DNA of 63,565 bases, the filler included, from Octopus bimaculoides (lineage: Eukaryota), in NCBI RefSeq assembly GCF_001194135.2. It is 5 parts of 5 records of this genome, joined end to end, with 100 filler letters (N's around TTAATTAATTAA, not from the genome) between each part and the next. Parts side by side here need not be neighbours in the genome. Positions count along the whole stretch, not along the records: positions 47,333 to 57,121 come from NC_068985.1; positions 57,222 to 63,565 come from NC_068983.1; 3 more parts are not named here. One strand, given 5' to 3'. Position 1 is the stretch's first letter. Each line of letters opens with the position of its first letter. The notes under the pieces are model-generated. The model saw only the letters and a program-made list of their open reading frames with translations, was not told the DNA's origin and did not search any database. A program made the translations under genes and the position numbers. Below are positions 52,890 to 63,565 of the stretch, one piece after another.

Positions 52890-54335
52890 TTAACTATGCA
52901 AATGATTATGCTGTATCCCACACTGTTGAATATTTTAATCATCTATGCAAGGTTACCCGATGGTCCAGGTGCTTTCCCAGCCTTCATATCCTTAATTGCC
53001 TTATCTATTATACTGCTATCAACTTTGATGGCTGGTCTCTCAATTGGTTTGACATCTGAAAGACTCTCTTCCCAATCATTCTCCACTTTTAATAACCTTT
53101 CATAATGGCATCTCCATGCATCTTTCTTCTCTGAGTCACTAAGCACATGCATACCATTATCCATTCACACACATTTCTTACCCACCACATCTCTATTCTC
53201 TCTGATACACTGCTTTGTAATCCTGAACACCTCAGGCTGTAAACTTCTTAGCTTTTGCTATTCCTTTTGCTATGGAAACCTGTTGCCTACCCCCACTTCT
53301 GGCTCCATGATATAATGCTCTGCTTCCACTGTTTTTCTAGTCTTTCCAGGCCTGTATCTTTGCTTTTAAAGCACTGTCCCCCTCATTGTTCCATCTCCAT
53401 GTCACCTCAGTCTAGTTGGGACTTTACACCAGCCACAGATTTGGTCAGTGGCACCCAGCAAATTGTCCCGCAGAAACTTCCAGTTGTCCTCTAAGCTATA
53501 TGACCCTTCCTCCTCCTCCTCCTCCTCCTCTATCATCATAGGCTTTCAGTAGAATGTCTCTAAATTTTTGTTGGTTTACTGGGTCTTTGAGCTTCCATAA
53601 TCTTCTTTTCCAGTATGATTTATTTCTCTAAGTCTCTCTAGCCCTAATTCTGAAGTCACTAACTAGTAGCCTATGTTGGGGTGTACACTCTTCACGTGGG
53701 AAAGACTTTGCATTTGTGAGCATCAGCCTATTTCATTACCTGGTAAGGAGGTAATCGACATGGCTTATGTTCCCACCATACTGAAAAATGATTTGCTAGC
53801 TGGCTGGTTTTCTGAAGTTAAAGTTCTTGATCATGAGAGCAGCTATATTACAGAGCTCCAGTAGCCTTGTTCCCTCCTCATTACTGGGGCCAAAACCATA
53901 ACCAGCATGCACACTATGGAATCCATGAGAATGCTGCCCGACATCTCCATGAAAGTTGCCAGCCATGATAACTAAGTCTTTGTTATTTATTGTTGAGGTA
54001 GTCTACAGAAGGACCTCATACAATTGATCATCAGCCAGCTCAGCCTGTGGAGCATAGGCAAAGATAAATGTAAAAGTTAATGTATCTATGATAAGTCTCA
54101 ACTTGGTAACCCTGTCACATACTCTGACCACCTCAGTTACCTTATCTACCCATTTTTCTGCTAAGAGTATATCCACACTACCCGCTCCATCAATCCTGCC
54201 TACTCAGAAGAATTTGAACCTCTGTTTCTTACCTGTGAGGAATTTAGCAGAGGCTCATTTCCATCACACTTCTTGCACACCACACACATTGACATGGTGA
54301 TACTCCATCATTTCAATAGTCTCACCAAATCTCCC
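52890..54335 (-). mobile_element. RTE LINE APE-linker remnant
   Basis: KKDAWRCHYERLLKVENDWEESL...KAIKDMKAGKAPGPSG; homologous to 17200-18290. Confidence 0.8.
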
Positions 54336-54666
54336 CTTCATTGTGCCAACATTGATGGTTGTGGCCCTAAAATTATCCACTTGGGAGGAAAAATGGGAAG
54401 GTAGTCATTGTGGGGCTTTTGTCTGTGTCTGAAGAGAAGATTTGTACAAAAACTTGCTAGGTAATGTAGAACCTTGGTACATGTTATATTCAATTCAATG
54501 AAGTATAATTTCTTCACTCCCATACAGCATCCAGATTAAGAGTCAGTGAAGAGAGGGGTAAGAAGTGCATGAAAATAGTTTTATGTCTATATATATACAT
54601 ATACAAACACTAAACAGCATGGTATGAATCTTACATAATCATGCATACAAACACACACACACATGC

Positions 54667-54700
<34 letters not shown>

Positions 54701-55237
54701 NNNNNNNNNNNNNNNNNNNNNNNNNNNNNNNNNNNNNNNNNNNNNNNNNNNNNNNNNNNNNNNNNNNNNNNNNNNNNNNNNNNNNNNNNNNNNNNNNNNN
54801 GGAAGATGGGGTTGGATTGTGTAGGGGTGGGGTGGGTTACAAGGGAGGGGTGATGATGAAGGGGAAGGCAGAAGGTGGGTAGGAGTGAAGAGAAGGAGAG
54901 TAGGAGTGAAGAGAAGAAGTAGGAGTGAAGAGAAGAAGTAGGAGTTGGAGCAAGAGAAGAGAGGTGGGTGGGAGGAAGTTGGTGTGAAGGTGAGAGAGGA
55001 GAGGGGAGGAGGTTAAATGAAGAGGGAAGGAGAGTTGAGCCCATATGGCGCAAAGGAAAGAAGAGAGAAGATTAATCCCTGTTCATTGTGCAAATGGGAG
55101 TCTATATATATGTATGTATATATATGATATATATACATATATGCATAATCTACATATATATGTCTATATAAATGTATATATATATAATATATATATATGC
55201 ATAATATACATTTATATATCTATATATCTGTATATGC

Positions 55238-55271
<34 letters not shown>

Positions 55272-55899
55272 TGCATAATATATACATATATATAAATAAA
55301 TAAATGGAGTTAAATACAGGTGTTATTCAAATTCTTTTACTTCCGACAATGCAATCTTCTCACCAGGAAAAGAAAGAAGCTAAACTCATCAATAAGTTAT
55401 TTGAACAGAATGTGATGGATGTGTATAATGATGAATGGAACGCTATTAATTTTTTTTTTTTAAATCCATTAGCAGATATAAAGTCAAAGGTAGCCTATAG
55501 AAAGAGAAGGGGTAAAGGAAAGAATTAAGCAGGAAACTAATAAAGGAGAAATATAGAGCGATTTGTGAATTAAAATAAAAGCTTAAAGGCTTGGAAGAAG
55601 ATATATCTAGTGGTATTGAAATGTAAGGAGAAAATCAATGTTTAAATTATATATAATTGTAGATATCACTTATATAAACTAAAGGTATGTTTCTGTCAAT
55701 GTTTACATCGATAAGCATGCTCTATAACCATGTTTACAAGGGGATTCTTAGAAAATAGAATAGAAAATAGTTCACTGTTACAGAGTCGGCAGAATTTTTT
55801 GCCTTTATCATATGGGAATGAAACGGTGAGAATCAACTAATCTAAATTAAATTGTTCATTATGGTCTTTTAGATACCATATTAATTTTCTAAGCCCTGT

Positions 55900-56800
55900 A
55901 CTGTTGCGTTTATTACTATCCCTAAATGTAGAGTAACGATTAGAAATTCTTTTAGATAACTGCGAAGAACTACCTATATAAAAAAAGACATCGGTACCTG
56001 TAGTAATTTTACACTAGTATATAGAGTTTTTAATCTTAGAATTACTAGACATAAACTTAATTCTGTTGGAATTGACTTCAGAGACAATAACCTTGTTATT
56101 AATATTTCTAGGGGGATGGTTAGCATTAGTTAAATTAATGTTTGTATTAGTAATTGGATTCTTATTTAAAAGACTAATATTATGTGAGGAGATAATTTGT
56201 GAGAGATTTTTTGTATTGGAAAACCAATCTTAACTGTGTGCGAGTTGATAATCAAGTAATACCTAGAATTCTTTGGAAAATTCCTAATAGTAGCTTCCCG
56301 AAACTGGAAAGGAAGATTAGATTTAATCTGCCTCCCATAAGGAATAATCATCCAAATAGTTTTGCTAGTAGTTGCCTTATTTTTAGTGTAACTATCTTTA
56401 AAAGACATTGATTTACCTTTAGAATGAAAAAAGGGATCTAAATGATGGTTATCTCCCTTATGTTGTAAAAACATTCCTCTGTTTGGTGTTGGCATATAAA
56501 TTAAAATTGAAATTGTTCATATCATTACCACTAGATTTCATGTCTCCATTACTAAAGGTAGAATAAGATTGAATAGAATTAATGTAGGTAACTTTTTCTG
56601 CATAGCCTGCTTTAAGTAAGGCAGAGTTATAAAATTCAGCCTTGTCATTGAAAATGTCAACATTAGCAGATAACTTATACAATCTAAATGAAATATTCTT
56701 ATCTAAATTCTTAGTGATTACCCTAGAATGATTACTGAATTGACCATATATTTAAGATTCGTTGATGGCTTGTGGTATAGAAAGTACAAATTATTGTGTA
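55900..56800 (-). mobile_element. Second Penelope-like remnant
   Basis: KLSANVDIFNDKAEFYNSALLKAGY, TIWMIIPYGRQIKSNL..F...I.RNFP, and NSIY...FYIGSS (GIY-YIG-like) near 55960-56030. Confidence 0.65.
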
Positions 56801-57056
56801 AGTTAAGTGTAATATCTAAAAAGTTAGCTTTCATTACATCATCATCAAAAACAAAGCCAAAGCCCATTGTACAGAAAAACTAGGAGTCGGAGCAAGAGAG
56901 GAGAGGTGGGTGGGAAGAAGTAGGTGTGAGGGGGAGAAATTAGAGTGGAGGAGGTTAGATGAAGAGGGGAAGAGAGTTGAGACCATGTGGCGCAAAGGAG
57001 CAACTGATTAATTTTTCCGTGTTAATTGTAAACAAGGGAAAAATACACACATCCAT

Positions 57057-57100
<44 letters not shown>

Positions 57101-57308
57101 TATATAAATGCCTAATATATANNNNNNNNNNNNNNNNNNNNNNNNNNNNNNNNNNNNNNNNNNNNTTAATTAATTAANNNNNNNNNNNNNNNNNNNNNNN
57201 NNNNNNNNNNNNNNNNNNNNNGGCAGGCAGACAGGCAGGCAGGCAGGCAGACAGACAAACAGGCAGGCAGACAGACAGACATACATACATACAAACAGAC
57301 AGACAGAC

Positions 57309-57369
<61 letters not shown>

Positions 57370-57785
57370 TGTCCTAGGTATGACTTTAAACTGCATCCGG
57401 TGTTGGGGCTCTGGTTCCGGGAGTTTTTAGGAGTGTGGTACCACCTCTTAGCCACTAGCGTTCCTAGGTCTATACCAACCCAGAGTAGTGACACCTGTTA
57501 AGGTCCCAGCTATGGGTTAACTAACATATAAGCACCGGGACGTAGAAATATTCTGGCAGTAAGCTTCTAAGAGAAAGCCAACTCATGTATAAAATCCGCT
57601 GCTTTACTCAGCCGGATATTTTGCACCTAGCTTGTTCCTGGGTCCCCTGGAATTGCCAGTGAGAGGTGTCGTGGTGTTGTGCCAGCGGCCCACGGATATT
57701 GATTGCTGACACTACCTGTCACCGGTCGTTATGTTCGTCTAGCGAGAAGACAGCCATCAACACACACACACACACAAACACTAAA

Positions 57786-57842
<57 letters not shown>

Positions 57843-58016
57843 ACAACAAATAAGGAAAATCTAAGTTCAGCAAAATTTTCGCACATTTATTACGTAGTAC
57901 AGGATACGAATTGCTGGCTATCTCTAAACGTTTGGACTCGTATTTTAAACTTGTAATCCTTTTTATACAGACACGCACACGCACACATATATCGAGAGGG
58001 AGAGATAATAAATAAT

Positions 58017-58166
58017 TACGTAGGAGTGGCTGTGTGGTAGGTAGCTTGCTTACCAACCACATGGTTCCGGGTTCAGTCCCATTGCGTGGCACCTTCTACT
58101 ATAGCCTCGGGTCGACCAGAGCCTTGTGAGTGGATTTGGTACACGGAAACTGAAAGAAGCCCGTCG

Positions 58167-58212
<46 letters not shown>

Positions 58213-58430
58213 TGTCTGTGTTTGTCCACCCCCACCCTCACCCCCGACATCGCTTGACAACCGATGCTGGTGTGTTTACGTGCCCGTAACTTAGCGGTTC
58301 GGTAAAAGAGACCGATAGAATAAGTACTAGGCTTACAAAAAATAAGTCCTGGGGTCGATTTGCTCGACTAAAGGCGGTGCTCCAGCATGGCCACAGTCAA
58401 ATGACTGAAACAATTAAAAGAGTAAAAGAG
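58017..58430 (+). mobile_element. tRNA-derived SINE family B with internal (TA)/(TG) microsatellite
   Basis: A-box-like tggctgtgtgg and B-box-like ggttcagtccc; a 3' end copy recurs at 61150-61250. Confidence 0.85.
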
Positions 58431-58984
58431 TATATTTGCCACTTAAATGCGGCTAACCCCTAAGGGTGAATGCTACTGTAGCACATGCGTGTGTAAGCGT
58501 GTATCTGTGTGTATGTGTGTATGTATAGGTAGATACGCGTTTTGTGTGTGCGCGCACGCGCGCGTATATTGAATAAATATCCCTCACTAAGCTTTCTTTA
58601 ATTCTCAAATTCGTCCTAATATAAAATTACTTGCAGCTGGACATGGTTTTGTGTTTGGGAACTATAAAACAAGGTTAACGAGGGATATTTAATCAATGTT
58701 AATTCCTTACAGATCTTTATTTCGTATTTTTGTCTCTATAGAATCTTTCCTATATCAATCAGTCGTGGAATTCTGTTTCGATTTTATGGTAGATTGGACG
58801 CATATCAAAATATCAGTGAAAAGATATGTGTGTAGATGTTCATATATATTTGCATGCGAGGATATAATCACTCACTCACAATTTTAAAATTAGACTTTAC
58901 ATTGCATTGCATAAAAATGTGTTATATAAGTGTATGCATGCATTCATGTCTATTTATGTATTTTTGAACATATAGATATACCTG

Positions 58985-59364
58985 TTGTGGAGGCGCAATG
59001 GCCCAGTGGTTAGGGCAGCAGACACGTGGTCGTAAGATCGTGGTTTCGATTCCCAGACCGGGCGTTGTGGGTGTTTATTGAGCGAAAACACCTAAAGCTC
59101 CACAAGGTTCCGGCAGGGGTCAGGTGGCGAACCCTGTTGTACTTTCACAACAACTTTCTCTCGTTCTTTCTTCCTGTTTCTATTGTACCTGTATTTCAGG
59201 GGCCAGCTTTGTCCCACTCTGCGTCACGCTGAATCTCCCCGAGAACTACGTTAAGGGTACACGTGTCTGTGGAGTACCCAACCACTTGCACGTTAATTTC
59301 TCGACCAGGCTGTTCCGTTGATCGGATCAGCTGGAACCCTCGTCGTCGTAATCGACGGAGTGAC
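58985..59364 (+). mobile_element. tRNA-derived SINE family C
   Basis: A-box tggcccagtgg and B-box gtttcgattcc; inverse copy at 38053-38438. Confidence 0.88.
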
Positions 59365-59484
59365 ACGCAGGTATATCTGTACAATTAAGCTCTCGTATAG
59401 AAATATATCTACAGACACAATTATATATATGTATATGTGTGTGTGTGTTTGCATGCATATACGTATGTACATTATGCATGTGTG

Positions 59485-59521
<37 letters not shown>

Positions 59522-60163
59522 TATTTTTGATTACTTATTTTTGGTAGTTTTTTTACTTATTTAGTCCCTCGATAGCGTGAGGTATTAATACACAGTTAAT
59601 GCCCTTTTTATATATATTTAAATATATCTATGGAGAAACGATGAATCTTTTCATTACGAAATTTTTCGTTATTTTTTCATTATGAGGTTTTTTCACGCTG
59701 ACTACTTGATAAATTCTTATAAAGAATTTATCCTATATTATATTATATATATATATNNNNNNNNNNNNNNNNNNNNNNNNNNNNNNNNNNNNNNNNNNNN
59801 NNNNNNNNNNNNNNNNNNNNNNNNNNNNNNNNNNNNNNNNNNNNNNNNNNNNNNNNNNNNNNNNNNNNNNNNNNNNNNNNNNNNNNNNNNNNNNNNNNNN
59901 NNNNNNNNNNNNNNNNNNNNNNNNNNNNNNNNNNNNNNNNNNNNNNNNNNNNNNNNNNNNNNNNNNNNNNNNNNNNNNNNNNNNNNNNNNNNNNNNNNNN
60001 NNNNNNNNNNNNNNNNNNNNNNNNNNNNNNNNNNNNNNNNNNNNNNNNNNNNNNNNNNNNNNNNNNNNNNNNNNNNNNNNNNNNNNNNNNNNNNNNNNNN
60101 NNNNNNNNNNNNNNNNNNNNNNNNNNNNNNNNNNNNNNNNNNNNNNNNNNNNNNNNNNNNNNN

Positions 60164-60194
<31 letters not shown>

Positions 60195-60511
60195 CATAAA
60201 TGTGTGTGTGTGTGTGTATACATAATATATATACATACAATCATATATATAAAAACTCAAATATGTATATGCAAAAGTACATAATAAATGCATATATCTG
60301 TGTGTGTTTGTATATGTATGTGTGTATGTATGTATGTATACAGCTAATCCGCGTTTCTGTACAGGCGTGGATACATATTTTGGCCTATATAATTTTATAT
60401 TGTATTTCACCGAATTGTGTTGTAAGCAACTCTTGCATAGCTACATATACGCATACCAAAATTTGTCAAACTTTATGTCTTCGTTCATGTATGTGTGTTC
60501 ATTTGTGTGCA

Positions 60512-60624
<113 letters not shown>

Positions 60625-60734
60625 ACGTGTGTTTTGTCTATGACATTTTCAATAGCATTTACTATCTTAGTGTCTGAGATTACGTGCCGACATGAACTGA
60701 CTCGAGTTGAGTATGTGAATTCTTCAGCATTTGC

Positions 60735-60770
<36 letters not shown>

Positions 60771-60972
60771 GTGTGTATGTGTGCGTGCGTGTGTGTATGT
60801 GTGTATGTGTACGTATATGTATGTACGTATATGTATGTACGTATATGTAAATATATTTACAAGTGAAAAGTTGAGATGGACTTCGAAGTTTCGAGTGATT
60901 AATCATCAGTTTGATGACGACGAATAAGCTGAAACTTCAAAGTTACTGATCAACAGTGAGTAACCTGTTGAT

Positions 60973-61046
<74 letters not shown>

Positions 61047-61249
61047 GTGTGTGTATGCGTGTGTGTCTGTGTGTATGAATGTATGTATGCATGAATGTAT
61101 GTATGTATGTATATATTTATGTGTGTGTCTTTCTGTCTGTTTGTCCTCCACTTACAAAGAATAAGTCCTGGGGTCGATTTCCTCGACTAAAAGGCGAAGC
61201 TCTAGCATGGCCGCAGTCCAACGACTGAAACAAATAAAAGAATAAAAGA

Positions 61250-61860
61250 ATATGTATATATTTAGTGAGAATTTACAAAAAAAAAAAAACGAAGGCGTAC
61301 GTGTTAACAACAAACAGATGTATTAGTTCGGGAAGTGAGAAAATCTTTTACGTTTCGAGCCTACGCTCTTCGACAGAAAGGATCACAGAAACAAACGGGG
61401 TGCGAAAATTGAGAAAGGTTTAGTGGTTAGCGATCTATCATGGCGAATCATATATATATATACAGTTGAAATTTGCAGAAAAACAAAAGACGAAGACAGG
61501 TGTATGAACAAGAAGCAGGTGTATTTGTTTGACGCACGGGAATGTGAGAAAGTTTTTTACGTTTTGAGCCTATGCTCTTCAACAGAAAGGAACATGAGGA
61601 AATAAACAGAGAGAATTTAAAAAATTGTGGGTATAGCGATCAAGTATGGTGATATATATATAGAGAGAGAGAGAATTCACAAAAAAAAAATACGAACACA
61701 CATGGTGTAGAAAACAAACAGATGTATTAGTATAACGCTCGGGAAGTGAAAAAGTCGTTAACGCTTCGAGCCTACGCTCTTCCACAGAAAGGAACACGTA
61801 AAGAAACAAGGAAAGAAACAAGGAGAGAGAGAAAAAGGAGAGAAAAAAACCTAGGAGAGT
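61250..61860 (-). ncRNA. Tandem array of three ~205-bp units, each with a minimal type-I hammerhead-ribozyme-like motif
   Basis: Minus strand of copy 1: CUUU-CUGUCGA-A-GAGC(GUAG)GCUC-GAAA-C-GUA-AAAG at 61345-61380. Copies 2 and 3 are at ~61555-61590 and ~61757-61792. Confidence 0.68.
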
Positions 61861-61920
61861 AACAAGGAGAGAAAAAAAAGGAGAGAGAAAAAAAAGGGAA
61901 AATGTATGTATGTATATGTA

Positions 61921-62745
61921 TATTGGGTCAGCCCACATAAATAATGCAGTTTTGTTAATTGCATGAACTAAAAGTCGGAGAGGGACGTGATAAACTACCT
62001 GCATCAACTTGCTATAGAAGCAGGTAGTAATTTTACCTTGTCCTTATTCTTAGTGCAAGCTTTGAAGAGTGTAGTTCGATTTTAACAGTTATTTTTTCAA
62101 AGTTATAATGGAAGTGGTAAAGGAGCATATTCGGCATATTTTGCTTTTTGAGTTCAATAAAGGCAACAACGCAACGGATAGTGCGGGGGAATATTAACGC
62201 AGCCTAGAAGACGAGCATCGTCCTGGAAGATCTGTAGAGCTCGACGAGGACGTCCTGCAAACCCTAGTGGGAAAGAATCCCGTCGTCACTGTTGAGGAAC
62301 TAGCAGAGAAGATTGGATTTGGTCATTCAACCAGTCATTCAAGTCAGCGCTAGAAGAAAAACGATCGTCTTTGTTTTCAAAACGAAAGGTGTTCTTCCAT
62401 CAGGATAATGCTCGGCCACGTACAGCGAAGATGACATTCCAAAAGCTGGAACAGTTTGAATGGGAAATGATGACCCTCCCACCATATTCGCCGATGGGCG
62501 GGGCATTATCATTTATTCAGCAGGCTTTAAAATTATTTGGACGAAAAAAATATGAATTCTGTAGACGAGGTCAGAATGTATTGGAGGGCTATTTTTCGTC
62601 ATGGACAAGTGAACTTTGCAGATAGATGGAAGAGCATTGTAGAAAATGAAGGCGAGTATATTTTAGATTAAAAAAGAACTTTATCTTAATTCTGAGAAAT
62701 AAAAGGAGTATAAAAAAACCGCATTAATCATGGGATGACCCAATA
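61921..62745 (+). mobile_element. Internally deleted mariner element
   Basis: TIRs TAttgggtcagccca.. and ..tgggatgacccaaTA. Transposase remnants EHIRHILLFEFNKGNNAT, ELDEDVLQTLV...VTVEELAEK, FHQDNARP, PPYSP. Confidence 0.9.
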
Positions 62746-62849
62746 TATACATACATACATGCATACATACATACATACGTACGTACATACATACATACAT
62801 ACATACGTATACACACACATATACATACATACATACATACATACATACA

Positions 62850-62883
<34 letters not shown>

Positions 62884-63309
62884 CATATACACACACATAT
62901 ACATATAAGATCCAGGGATCGAGGTGTAGGAAGAAAGTTAGTTTCAAGCAATCCGTAGTAAATATTAAAAAAAGTAATAGTGGTTTACTGAGACGGAAGA
63001 TTGTGGAATTTTTCGTATCGAAGTGCAATAAACTGAAAAAAGTTATTTTTATATTTCACGGTAGGTGACCAGGGTTGCCGGGTGTGCGAATAAGAATACA
63101 AGAGTTAAGGAATGGAGTAGATAAGATCCGGGTTACATATGTTTCATAGCGAGCGGTACCCCAGGAGTGGTAAATATCCAAGCGAGGTGTATACTGCATG
63201 CTACTCTTGAGGCCAAGGATATCTTGATTAAATGAAAGTTTACATTGTCGCAAAGAGGTACATGTTAGCACATGGAAGATTCAATTCTTATTGAATTTTC
63301 ATTAACTCT

Positions 63310-63353
<44 letters not shown>

Positions 63354-63565
63354 ACACACACATACACAACACACATACACATATACACACATGCACACAC
63401 GCACGCACGCACAAAAAATATACACACATGCACACGGAAACACACATACAGACACACATAAACACACACACACCCTACCTAACACTCACAATCCCACACA
63501 CACACGCACATCCACACACATACACACACACGCACACACCCACATACACACACACACGCACACAC

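Noticed and set aside
58985-59065. tRNA-like sequence with A and B boxes
   Set aside because: It is the head of a multi-copy SINE; no complete cloverleaf or acceptor stem and no terminator, so not called a tRNA gene.

Overview
AT-rich, microsatellite-dense, gap-rich animal genomic DNA. The SINE/LINE families and repeat landscape look like an Octopus assembly; this is inference and was not checked against a database. The only clear host gene is one large terminal coding exon (22936-24057, +) of a class A peptide GPCR covering TM3-TM7, most similar to trissin receptors. Its TM1-TM2 exons were not found in the window. A diverged partial copy of that exon's splice acceptor and TM3 lies ~0.6 kb past the stop codon and carries an in-frame TGA just before the ERY motif. 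The rest is mostly decayed mobile DNA: a complete Mag-like Gypsy LTR element (both LTRs, PBS, PPT, 5-bp TSD) with a nested piggyBac, hAT/SPIN-like, Tc1 and mariner remnants, RTE and R4/Dong LINE remnants, Penelope-like elements and three tRNA-derived SINE families. The most unusual signals are (i) a three-unit ~205-bp tandem array carrying minimal hammerhead-ribozyme motifs with a non-canonical CUGUNGA core (61250-61860, minus strand), (ii) the duplicated, stop-containing alternative last-exon candidate of the GPCR, and (iii) an LTR-gag/hAT-transposase chimeric ORF. Several apparent oddities are assembly artefacts.
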